This document shows, one piece after another, positions 1-8,302 of a DNA stretch of 33,939 nt. The stretch lies in NCBI GenBank assembly GCA_902478825.1, contig CABSMK010000001.1:1-33939 (forward strand). The letters are read 5' to 3'. Positions within the stretch are counted from its first letter, which is position 1, and each line of letters starts with the position of its first letter. Made by a program: the position numbers and the translations under genes. Source of the DNA: an uncultured Collinsella sp. Its GTDB lineage: Bacteria; Actinomycetota; Coriobacteriia; Coriobacteriales; Coriobacteriaceae. The notes beneath the pieces were generated by a model that saw only the letters and a program-made list of their open reading frames with translations, made no database searches and was not told the DNA's origin.

Positions 1-31
1 TCGTGGGCTCGGAGATGTGTATAAGAGACAG
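1..31 (+). other. Nextera/Tn5 sequencing adapter (artefact)
   Basis: Exact TCGTGGGCTCGGAGATGTGTATAAGAGACAG, the Nextera read-2 adapter with mosaic end. Confidence 0.99.
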
Positions 32-59
32 TTGCGCAGGACTGTAGAGCAGGAAACTT
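32..59 (-). repeat. Partial copy of the palindromic element at 33022-33150
   Basis: Reverse complement matches 33046-33073 at 27/28 nt. Confidence 0.85.
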
Positions 60-100
60 AATTACGCGCCGCTCCCCGCCCACGCCGGGCAAACCCTCCC

Positions 101-167
101 TTGTACTCCATCTCACTAAAGTGTATGATTCTGGACGTTACACGACTCACTTTACTTAACTAAAGTG
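101..167 (+). promoter_or_regulatory. Sigma70-type promoter with palindromic operator
   Basis: TTGTAC(101)-N17-TATGAT(124) with TG extension; CACTTTA-N6-TAAAGTG at 148-167; imperfect copy at 104-123. Confidence 0.65.
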
Positions 168-185
168 CCATCAAGGGGGAATACC

Positions 186-1046
186 ATGAATACCGATATG
201 TCTCGTCGTCAGTTTGTTGGTCTAGCCGGCTCGCTCGCCACGGTGCTTGGCCTTGGTCTTGTCGGTTGCGGCGGTGGCGCCGGCAAGGGCTCCGCTGCTG
301 GCTCTGCCGCGGCCAAGGATGTGAAGGGTGCTGCGGAGTCCAAGAAGCTCGTGGTGGGCTTTGATAAGTCCTATCCTCCGTACGGCTTTATGGGCGACGA
401 TGGTGAGTACACCGGCTTTGATCTCGATCTGGCCAAGGCTGTTGCCGATAAGCAGGGCTGGGAGGTCAAATACGACGCCATCGACTGGGACGCCAAGGAT
501 ACGCTGCTTAACTCGGGCGCCATCAACTGCATCTGGAACGGCTTTACCATGGAGGGCCGTGAGGACGATTACACGTTTTCCGAGCCGTACATGCTCAACG
601 AGCAGGTGCTGGTGGTCAAGAAGGACGCGGGTATCAAGAGCTGGGACGATCTTGCCGGTAAGACTGTGATTACCCAGACCGATTCCGCTGCGCAGGACGT
701 GCTTGAGGGTGACCAGAAGGATCTGGCCGCGACGTTTGCCACGCTCGATACCATCGGCGAGTACAATACGGCCTTTATGCAGCTCGAGAGCGGCGCGGTC
801 GATGCCGTGGCTTGCGACCTTTCGATTGCCCAGTATCAGCTTGCCGCCAAGCCCGATGCTTATACGCAGCTTGATGAGCCGCTGTCCAGCGAGCACTACG
901 CCGTTGGCTTTAAGAAGGGCGACACCAAGTCGGCCGACGCCGTGACCGAGTCGCTCAAGGCACTCTATGAGGACGGCACGGTCAAGGACCTGTGCGATAA
1001 GTATTCAAGCTATGGTCTTTCCTTCGATAACTGGGTGCTCAAATAG
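186..1046 (+). CDS. Polar amino acid ABC transporter substrate-binding lipoprotein (SBP family 3)
   Basis: Tat-like SRRQF plus lipobox LVGC; YPPYGF..GFDLDLA and WNGFT motifs; AAGGGGG RBS before ATG 186. Confidence 0.93.
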   Translation: MNTDMSRRQFVGLAGSLATVLGLGLVGCGGGAGKGSAAGSAAAKDVKGAAESKKLVVGFDKSYPPYGFMGDDGEYTGFDLDLAKAVADKQGWEVKYDAIDWDAKDTLLNSGAINCIWNGFTMEGREDDYTFSEPYMLNEQVLVVKKDAGIKSWDDLAGKTVITQTDSAAQDVLEGDQKDLAATFATLDTIGEYNTAFMQLESGAVDAVACDLSIAQYQLAAKPDAYTQLDEPLSSEHYAVGFKKGDTKSADAVTESLKALYEDGTVKDLCDKYSSYGLSFDNWVLK

Positions 1047-1197
1047 CGGCTTTCCCAGGCACCCGATTTTGCCGTTCAAACCGTCGCTTGCGTACATTTA
1101 GTACGCGGCGCTCCTCTTTCACGGCAAACTCGGGCACCTGGAAAACCCGCTTTAGCATTGGGGTTTGCTGTTCTGTTACTGTGAAAGAGAGCTTGGG

Positions 1198-1851
1198 TTG
1201 TCTATTCAGGTCATGATGCAGATGCTTGGCCAGGGATTCTTGGTCAGTTTGCAGTTGTTTGTGCTGACGCTGCTCGGGTCGATTCCGCTGGGAATCCCCG
1301 TGGCGTTCATGCGCATGAGTAAAATCGCGCCGCTGCGTTGGGTCGCGCGCATCTACATTTCGGTCATGCGCGGTACGCCGCTCATGCTGCAGATGTTTGC
1401 CATCTACTTTGCCCCGTACTACGTGTTCGGCATTTCGCTCACGCCTGATTCCAAGTGGACGGCGTGCGTTGTGGCGTTCATCATCAACTACGCCGGTTAC
1501 TTTGCCGAGATCTATCGCTCGGGCCTGCAGTCGATTCCGCGTGGTCAATACGAGGCAGCCGAGGTACTGGGCTATTCGCGCATGCAGACGTTTCTGTATA
1601 TCGTGATGCCGCAGGTTGCCAAGCGCATTTTGCCGGCGATGGGCAACGAGATCATCACGCTGGTCAAGGATACGTCGCTGGCGTTTGCCATCGGCGTGGG
1701 CGAGATGTTCTCGACGGCCAAGGCGCTGGTCGCCTCGCAGGTGAGCATGGTGCCGTTTGCGATCGCGGCGCTGATTTACTGGGTCTTTAACTTTGTGGTC
1801 GAGATGCTGCTGGGCGCCGCCGAAAAGAAGCTGGACTACTATCATGACTAA
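1198..1851 (+). CDS. Amino acid ABC transporter permease
   Basis: RGTPLMLQ and EAA loop (GQYEAAEVLG), LVKDTSL; start uncertain (TTG 1198 or ATG 1213). Confidence 0.92.
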   Translation: MSIQVMMQMLGQGFLVSLQLFVLTLLGSIPLGIPVAFMRMSKIAPLRWVARIYISVMRGTPLMLQMFAIYFAPYYVFGISLTPDSKWTACVVAFIINYAGYFAEIYRSGLQSIPRGQYEAAEVLGYSRMQTFLYIVMPQVAKRILPAMGNEIITLVKDTSLAFAIGVGEMFSTAKALVASQVSMVPFAIAALIYWVFNFVVEMLLGAAEKKLDYYHD

Positions 1852-2608
1852 CTCAGTGATGAAAATCGAAAGCGCGCGCAAGGCGTTTGGCGGCAATGAG
1901 GTGCTCAAGGATATCTCGCTCGAGGTAAAGCGTGGCGAGGTCGTGGCGATTATCGGGCCTTCGGGTGGCGGCAAGTCCACGCTGTTGCGGTGTGCCACGC
2001 TACTCGAGACACTCGACGGAGGCTCGCTCTCGTTTGGTGACCTTGCCGTTGCGACGGATGCGGGTTCGGGCGCGGTCTATGCGAAGGGCGATGTGCCCAA
2101 ACAGGCGCGCTCGCGATTCGGCCTGGTGTTCCAAAATTACAACCTGTTCCCGCACTATACCGTGATGAAAAACATCATCGACGCGCCGATCCGCGTGCTT
2201 AAGCGCCCGCGCGAGCAGGCGGAAGCTCGTGCGCATGAATTGATTGCTCAGATGGGGCTTGTGGGCAACGAGAACAAGGTGCCGTGTGAGCTTTCGGGCG
2301 GCCAGCAGCAGCGCGTGAGTATCGCCCGCGCCTTGGCGCTCGACCCGGAGATCCTGTTCTTTGACGAGCCGACCTCGGCGCTCGACCCCGAGCTGACGGC
2401 CGAGGTGCTGCGTGTCATTAAAGACCTTGCGGCGCAGAACATGACGATGGTAATCGTGACCCACGCAATGCAGTTTGCGCGCGATGTTGCCGACCGCGTG
2501 GTCTTTATGGATGGCGGCCGCATTGTCGAGGAGGGTCCTGCCGAGCAGGTTATCGACCATCCGCGTGAGCAGCGCACCCGTGAGTTCTTGAGCCGTATCG
2601 AGGGGTAG
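1844..2608 (+). CDS. Amino acid ABC transporter ATP-binding protein (GlnQ family)
   Basis: GPSGGGKST, LSGGQQQR, FFDEPTSALDPE; overlaps the permease stop. Confidence 0.95.
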   Translation: MTNSVMKIESARKAFGGNEVLKDISLEVKRGEVVAIIGPSGGGKSTLLRCATLLETLDGGSLSFGDLAVATDAGSGAVYAKGDVPKQARSRFGLVFQNYNLFPHYTVMKNIIDAPIRVLKRPREQAEARAHELIAQMGLVGNENKVPCELSGGQQQRVSIARALALDPEILFFDEPTSALDPELTAEVLRVIKDLAAQNMTMVIVTHAMQFARDVADRVVFMDGGRIVEEGPAEQVIDHPREQRTREFLSRIEG

Positions 2609-2640
2609 GCTCAGGTATTTACTCAACTATTAATTGAGGC

Positions 2641-2682
2641 GAAGCCGCCGCAGGTCTTACGGTCTGTGGCGGCTTTTTGTTT
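2641..2682 (+). terminator. Rho-independent terminator
   Basis: AAGCCGCCGCAG...CTGTGGCGGCTT followed by a T tract. Confidence 0.8.
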
Positions 2683-2918
2683 GCATCGACGGGGTTCAAT
2701 AATCGCCTCACAAGTTTGTCTCTTCCTCTCGCCGCCTGTATTCATACGTGCGCCGAAAGGTATGCATGGACAGCCGCTCGTGAGGGTAGGGTGGTGGCAT
2801 AGGACATTTGGAGGGTGAGTCGGCTCGGCTGCCGACCATGCTGCTCCCGGGATGGCACCGACCGCGAACTCTCCCCGTTGGCGTCGCGCATTGCGCGCGG
2901 CCCTGCAAGGAGGTCATC

Positions 2919-4994
2919 ATGGGTGCTCCCAAGACCGGTAACGTAAGGAACGTGGTGCTCGTAGGCCAAGGCGGGGTGGGCAAGACTTCACTCGCCGAGG
3001 CCATGCTCCACCTTTCCGGCAAGACCGCCCGCCTGGGCGGCCACGACGGCACCAAGCCCACGCTCGACTATGACCCCGAAGAGGTCAAGCGTGCATTTTC
3101 CATCTCGACGACCATCGCGCCGATCGACTGGAAGGGCGCGCGCATCAATGTGCTCGATGCCCCGTGCTACCCCGATTTTATCGGCGACGCCTTTGCCGCG
3201 ATGAGCGTCTGCGAGACGGCTCTGTTTGTGGTCGACGCCGAGGCCGGCCCGCAGCCTACGACGGTTAAGCTCTGGTATGCCGCCGAGGACCTGCGCCTGG
3301 CGCGTGCGGTGTTCGTAAACCGCCTGTCGCGCTCCGAGGCCAGCTTTGCGACCACGATGGACCTGCTGCAAGAGCGCTTTGGCACGCGCCTGGGCGCCGT
3401 GACCCTTCCCTGGGGCGAGGGCGAGGACTTTGACGGCATCATCGACCTGGTACGCATGAGGGCGCGCCATTGCAACGGCACCGAAGCCGTTGAGTCGGAG
3501 ATTCCCGAGGAGTATCGTGCCCAGGCCGAGGAAGCCCATGACCATCTGTGCGAGCTGGTGGCCGAGGCTGACGACGAACTGATGATGAAGTACTTGGAAG
3601 GCGAGGAGACGCTGACACAGGAGGAGCTTGAAGGCCTGCTGTCGAAGGCGATCGCCGAGCGCATCTTTGTGCCGGTCTTTGCGGGCGATTGCATTAAGGA
3701 GCAGGGCGTCAACTCGCTGATGGACGACATCGCGACGTACTTCCCGGCGCCGACCGACTATGGCGAGATGCCGCTCATCGATGGTGATTCGCTTAAGATC
3801 TCGAGCGACGATGACCGTCCGGTGGCGTTTGTGTTTAAGACCCTGGCCGATCCGCAGCAGGGTCGCATCAGCTTTATCAAGGTGCTGACGGGTACGCTTG
3901 AGCCGGGCCTTGAACTAATCAACGCGCGCACCCGCAAGAGCGATCGTCTGGCTCACTTGTATGTGATGTGCGGCCGCGACATGACCGAGGTCGGTCACGC
4001 CTATGCCGGCGACATTATCGTGGCGCCCAAATTGGCGGCCGAGACGGGCGATACGCTCTCCATTACCGGTAAGGTCGAGGCTGCGGCGTTTAAGTTCCCC
4101 AACTCTCAGTACCGCATCGCCATCGAGGCCGAGAATCGCGGGGACGAAGAGAAGCTCTACACGTTTATCGAGAAGGCCTGCAAGGCCGATCCGACTATGA
4201 GCATCGATCGTGACGAGGAGACGGGCCAGACTATCATCTCCGCCGTTGGTGAGGCGCAGGTTTCGGTGTTGCTTAACCGTTTGGAGGATCGCACCAAGGT
4301 CGTGGCCAAGAGCGTGCCGATCCGCATTCCGTATCGCGAGACCATCCGCCGCACGGCGAGCGCCCAGGGTCGCCACAAGAAGCAGACCGGTGGCGCCGGT
4401 CAGTACGGCGACTGCTGGCTGCGCGTGGAGCCGCTTATTGGGCCCGACGGCACGAGCGACGGCTACGAGTTTGTGGATGAGGTCGTGGGCGGCCGCATTC
4501 CGCGCTCGCTGATCCCCGCCGTGGACAAGGGCGTCCAGGAGACCATGAAGGACGGTATTATTGCCGGCTACCCGCTTACGGGCATTCGCGTGGCTGTGTA
4601 CGACGGTTCGTATCACAGCGTCGACTCCAACGAGATGGCGTTTCGCGCGGCGGCTCGCATCGGCCTGCGCAAGGCATGCGCCGATGCCGATCCGGTGGTG
4701 CTGGAGCCCATCGAGGAAATCACGGTGACTATCCCCGAGAGCTACGCCGGCGCCGTGATGGGCGATATCTCGGCCTCGCGCGGTCGCGTGACGGGCATGG
4801 AGACCGATGAGCGCGGCGATACCGTGGTTATTGCCCAGGCGCCGCTGGCCGAGCTGACAGATTACTCGACGCGCCTGCGCTCCATCACGCGCGGCACGGG
4901 TGACTTTACCATGAAGCCCGCTGGCTATGAGCAGGTGCCTTATGACGTTCAGGCCAAGCTGGTGGAGCGCTATGAGGAGGGTCGCGCCAAGTAG
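2919..4994 (+). CDS. Elongation factor G-like protein (EF-G2 / fusA paralogue)
   Basis: Five-domain EF-G layout; G1 GQGGVGKT; KKQTGGAGQYG, GSYHSVDSNEMAF, YSTRLRSITRG; AAGGAGG RBS; not in the str operon. Confidence 0.93.
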   Translation: MGAPKTGNVRNVVLVGQGGVGKTSLAEAMLHLSGKTARLGGHDGTKPTLDYDPEEVKRAFSISTTIAPIDWKGARINVLDAPCYPDFIGDAFAAMSVCETALFVVDAEAGPQPTTVKLWYAAEDLRLARAVFVNRLSRSEASFATTMDLLQERFGTRLGAVTLPWGEGEDFDGIIDLVRMRARHCNGTEAVESEIPEEYRAQAEEAHDHLCELVAEADDELMMKYLEGEETLTQEELEGLLSKAIAERIFVPVFAGDCIKEQGVNSLMDDIATYFPAPTDYGEMPLIDGDSLKISSDDDRPVAFVFKTLADPQQGRISFIKVLTGTLEPGLELINARTRKSDRLAHLYVMCGRDMTEVGHAYAGDIIVAPKLAAETGDTLSITGKVEAAAFKFPNSQYRIAIEAENRGDEEKLYTFIEKACKADPTMSIDRDEETGQTIISAVGEAQVSVLLNRLEDRTKVVAKSVPIRIPYRETIRRTASAQGRHKKQTGGAGQYGDCWLRVEPLIGPDGTSDGYEFVDEVVGGRIPRSLIPAVDKGVQETMKDGIIAGYPLTGIRVAVYDGSYHSVDSNEMAFRAAARIGLRKACADADPVVLEPIEEITVTIPESYAGAVMGDISASRGRVTGMETDERGDTVVIAQAPLAELTDYSTRLRSITRGTGDFTMKPAGYEQVPYDVQAKLVERYEEGRAK

Positions 4995-5026
4995 CGTGTG
5001 ATTTTGCCTGCAATGTAGGTGCTGAC

Positions 5027-5063
5027 GAAAGGGCCGCCCTGGGTAACCGGGGCGGCTCTTTTT
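5027..5063. terminator. Bidirectional terminator between convergent genes
   Basis: AAAGGGCCGCCCTGG-loop-CCGGGGCGGCTCTTTTT. Confidence 0.8.
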
Positions 5064-5122
5064 GATTCCTTGGGGACGGAGGAAAACGGATCATTTTAGG
5101 CTTTGGGGCAGCTTGGTCGGTC

Positions 5123-6106
5123 CTAGTCTCCCGAGGCCTGATTGCGGCCGGTGGCGTAGTCGATCTGCACGTGCGGCTGCAGGTTGTAGCAATATACGTG
5201 GAAGCAGAGGGTCTTGCCGTGGTCCTCGACCGATTGCGCCTCAAGGCGCACGCCACGGCAGACAAGTTCCTCTTCGTTATACATGGGCGTGACGCGGTAG
5301 AGCACATGGTTGCCCGTGTCGCGGATGTAGCCGAGAATCTGCTCCTCAAACGGCAGCATGCCCGTTTCGTTGAGATAGCGCGTGCCGGTGAGGAGATTTT
5401 TGCGGTTGGCGTTTTCGCCGCAGAGCGACCAGGCGATAAGGTGGCAGCGGTTGTAGAGGCTCTGGCCCGGAATAAAGTCGTAGCGCTGCTGGTGCCAACC
5501 GGCAGGATGGATACGCGAGATATCGCCGCGCTCGCCTTGACCGAGTGATTCGGGGCCCACGCAGGCGAGTGCTTTGCGGGTGCGGCCCAGGCTGTCGAGC
5601 TTGGAGAACTTCTTAAAGCAGCCCTCTTCTGCAGCGCGCTCGTATTCATCGAGCGTGAATGATGGTGTGCCGAGCGGGTGCGTGCTGTCGGCGCGAAGGG
5701 CAACGTAGGGGTTGCCGGCGTAGTCGGGAATGCTGCTGAGATAAACACCGCGGGCGCGGTTGAGGTCGGGGTTTTCGATCTCGTCGATGGGGGTGGCGGC
5801 ACTGTCCGCGGAAACGTCGTCATCGGTGTCGGTTGCGGCGGAATCGGAGCCATCGCCAGAGTCCTGGCCGTTTTGAGGGTCCGGGGAGCTCGCCGTTCCC
5901 GATTCGAGCCGGGCAACCAGGTCTGCCTCGTCGTCGGTGCGGCTGGGGCTCTCGTTTTGTTTTTCGGCCAGAGCCGCCGCTTGCTCATCGCTTTGCGGCG
6001 ACAGCAGCTTGGGCGCCCCGTCAAGCGATCCCGTAAACAGCGCAAACCCTAGCACCACGGTGGTGCCGATGGAAAGTATTTGCTTGTAGGCGGGCTTGCG
6101 CGACAT
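5123..6106 (-). CDS. Membrane-anchored or secreted DNA/RNA non-specific endonuclease (EndA/DNA-entry nuclease-like)
   Basis: N-terminal hydrophobic segment, acidic linker, LDSLGR and YNRCHLIAWSLCGENAN..NLLTGTRYLN His-metal finger, YRVTP. Confidence 0.88.
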   Translation of the reverse strand: MSRKPAYKQILSIGTTVVLGFALFTGSLDGAPKLLSPQSDEQAAALAEKQNESPSRTDDEADLVARLESGTASSPDPQNGQDSGDGSDSAATDTDDDVSADSAATPIDEIENPDLNRARGVYLSSIPDYAGNPYVALRADSTHPLGTPSFTLDEYERAAEEGCFKKFSKLDSLGRTRKALACVGPESLGQGERGDISRIHPAGWHQQRYDFIPGQSLYNRCHLIAWSLCGENANRKNLLTGTRYLNETGMLPFEEQILGYIRDTGNHVLYRVTPMYNEEELVCRGVRLEAQSVEDHGKTLCFHVYCYNLQPHVQIDYATGRNQASGD

Positions 6107-6261
6107 TGAGGCTCCTGGATGGACGGTTGGGAATCTACCAGTCTAGCAGGAGCCGGCAAGGGCCGTTCTGTCGAACAAATACTTAAGATTTGGGATAGAC
6201 GCTACTGATTCATTTGCCTCATATGGAGCTGCGGTGGTTGTGTATGTGGGGCTATTTTGCG

Positions 6262-6310
6262 TTTCCCCAGATAAAACCCGCCAAAATAAACCTGTCCCTT
6301 ATTGGCAGGT
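6262..6310 (+). repeat. 49-bp REP-like repeat, copy 1
   Basis: tttccccagataaaacccgccaaaataaacctgtcccttattggcaggt, near-identical to 11642-11690 and to the reverse complement of 9483-9531. Confidence 0.9.
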
Positions 6311-6346
6311 CAGTTAACGCAGTCCAGGTTGAGCATATGCGAGCGA

Positions 6347-6446
6347 GCGGGCTCCGGGTGCGGCAAGGTGACGTGAAACAAGCGGGCGCTGACCTTTTGG
6401 TCGCGCCCGTGCAGTTGAACGTCAGATTGCCGTGCCCGGGGCCTGC
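6347..6446 (+). repeat. Long imperfect hairpin (possible structured RNA or palindromic element)
   Basis: 20-bp outer stem whose four non-Watson-Crick positions are all G-U on the + strand; inner stems TGACGT/ACGTCA, GCGGGCGC/GCGCCCGT, GACC-TTTT-GGTC. Confidence 0.7.
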
Positions 6447-6459
6447 GCAGCGCCGAGCG

Positions 6460-6486
6460 GTTACGCCGTTTGTAAAACGGCGTAAC
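6460..6486 (-). terminator. Hairpin directly after the larE stop
   Basis: GTTACGCCGTTT-GTA-AAACGGCGTAAC perfect inverted repeat; no clear U tract. Confidence 0.55.
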
Positions 6487-7365
6487 TTAAAGGTTCATGT
6501 TGCCGTGAATGTAGGGGGTGACCTCGGGGGAGATATGGTCGCAGCCCAGCTCGCGCAGCGCGGACTCGATAACGGCGGGCAGCGGGGTCTTGCCCTTGTC
6601 GTCGACGGCGGCACCGCCGAGGGTGGCAATCTTGGCGACATCTGCGGGTGCGGCCTCGATATGCATGCAGCCGCCGATCAAGCGCGCGCGTACCTGTGCC
6701 AGATCAAGATCGTGCAGGTAATCCTCGCAGGCGCGGATTAAATCGACCTTCTCGCGCGTAAGCTCCTCGCCCGTGGGGACGCGGGTGGCAAGACATGCTC
6801 CCGCCGGCAGGTTCCAAACGGGATAGCCCCATGCGCGCAGCAGCTCGCGCTCTTCGTCCTTGGTAAAGCCGACCTCCATGAGAGGGGAGCGTACGCCGAG
6901 CTCTTTTGCCGCACGCATGCCGGGGCGGTAGTCACCGCGATCGCTTGCATTGCTGCCATCGATGACGGTGGGAAAGCCGAGCGACTTGGCGTGGTTGACG
7001 ATGGCGGTAAAGCCGGCGTGCTTGCAGTGGTAGCAGCGATTGGCATCGTTGCAGGCTACCTGGGGGAGCTGCAGCTGATCCACCGAAAGATTGAGCACGG
7101 GGAGTTTAAAATGCGGTCCTTCATTGGCTTGTCCATCAACGGACCGCTCAAACGAAGCCTGCTCGGGCGTGCCGATGAGCGGCGTGGTGAGATGGACGAG
7201 GAGGGTATTGGTAGGCATGATGCGGGCGCATACGGCGGCCAAAAAGCTGCTGTCGACGCCACCGGAAAACCCGATAGCCACGCGCCCGTATGCCAAAAGC
7301 AGCTGTTCGAGCGCCGATAGCTTGTCTTGAAGCTCCTCTGCGGGTGCCGTGGTGTCTAAAATCAT
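6487..7365 (-). CDS. larE: LarE-family ATP-dependent sulfur transferase (PP-loop)
   Basis: FSGGVDS PP-loop, RCYHCK, DGSNASD..DYRPG, SPL..GFTK, ACLATR, QVRAR. Confidence 0.88.
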   Translation of the reverse strand: MILDTTAPAEELQDKLSALEQLLLAYGRVAIGFSGGVDSSFLAAVCARIMPTNTLLVHLTTPLIGTPEQASFERSVDGQANEGPHFKLPVLNLSVDQLQLPQVACNDANRCYHCKHAGFTAIVNHAKSLGFPTVIDGSNASDRGDYRPGMRAAKELGVRSPLMEVGFTKDEERELLRAWGYPVWNLPAGACLATRVPTGEELTREKVDLIRACEDYLHDLDLAQVRARLIGGCMHIEAAPADVAKIATLGGAAVDDKGKTPLPAVIESALRELGCDHISPEVTPYIHGNMNL

Positions 7366-7459
7366 GAAACGATCCTTATCGTTGAGTACTCGATTGAAAA
7401 CTATAATCCTAATGCGTTACTTGCCATAAGACTTCTATCTGTGTAACGAAAGTGCAATA

Positions 7460-7481
7460 TGGTATATACGTTATATACAAG
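7460..7481. promoter_or_regulatory. Candidate GntR/FadR-type operator in the divergent larE/HAD region
   Basis: TGGTATATACGTTATATACAAG with two TATATAC cores. Confidence 0.45.
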
Positions 7482-7538
7482 TTGTCAAATGCGGTAGAGT
7501 TGCGGCAATGCGACAGCGAGAGTCGATGGGGGACCGAT

Positions 7539-8189
7539 ATGATCAAGGCTGTTATTTTTGACATGGATGGAACGCTGGTCGATACCGAGCGTTTGGGGAT
7601 TAGGGCCTGGAAGGCAGGCGCCGCTGAGCTGGGGCTCGCGATTGATGAAGCGCTGATCCATCAGTTTATCGGTCGCACGCTACCCGATGTCATGAACATC
7701 CTCGATAAGCATTACGGCAGCCACGAGACCGCCGAGGCGATCTATGTCCGCCACAAGGAGATTCGCGACGAGATGGTCAAGACCGATCTGGAGCTTAAGG
7801 CCGGCGCTGCCGAGTGCATAGACAAGCTGTTGGCTGCGGGCTATCACGTAGGCCTTGCAACGTCATCGCGCCATGTTACGGCCGAGCGCAACCTTAAAGC
7901 ATTCGGTCTATTTGACAAGTTTGAAACGGTAACGTGTGGCGAGGACGTCGTGCATGGCAAGCCCGACCCCGAGATGTATCTGCTCGCCTGCGAGCGCGCG
8001 GGCTATACTCCCGAGGAATGTGCCGTGGTCGAGGATTCGCGCAACGGCTGCGTCTCGGGCATCACGGCCGGATGCCATGTCTTTGCCGTCCCCGATATCG
8101 TGCCGCTGCCGCAGGACGTGGTGGATGGCTGCGAGGCCGTGCTCGATACGTTGTTCGATCTGGCGGCGGCGGTCAAGGCCGTGCGCTAG
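7539..8189 (+). CDS. HAD-superfamily phosphatase (beta-PGM/CbbY-like)
   Basis: DMDGTLVD, ATSS, GKPDP, VEDS motifs. Confidence 0.92.
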   Translation: MIKAVIFDMDGTLVDTERLGIRAWKAGAAELGLAIDEALIHQFIGRTLPDVMNILDKHYGSHETAEAIYVRHKEIRDEMVKTDLELKAGAAECIDKLLAAGYHVGLATSSRHVTAERNLKAFGLFDKFETVTCGEDVVHGKPDPEMYLLACERAGYTPEECAVVEDSRNGCVSGITAGCHVFAVPDIVPLPQDVVDGCEAVLDTLFDLAAAVKAVR

Positions 8190-8236
8190 ACAATTGCGGC
8201 GTTGAAACGAGCAATTGCTTACGTTTGCGCTTAAAC

Positions 8237-8268
8237 AAAAGGGGTCCGGCAATGGTCGGGCCTCTTTT
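8237..8268. terminator. Bidirectional terminator
   Basis: AAAAGGGGTCCGGC-loop-GTCGGGCCTCTTTT between convergent genes. Confidence 0.75.
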
Positions 8269-8302
8269 GCTTGAGCGGCGACTTAGCATACTTGCGGGCG
8301 TG

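Noticed and set aside
4906..6045. 379-aa alternative-frame ORF in the nuclease gene
   Set aside because: Low-complexity Pro/Ala/Arg/Thr off-frame product typical of high-GC DNA.
6214..6741. 175-aa plus-strand ORF over the repeat and hairpin
   Set aside because: No RBS or motifs; runs through repeats and antisense to larE.
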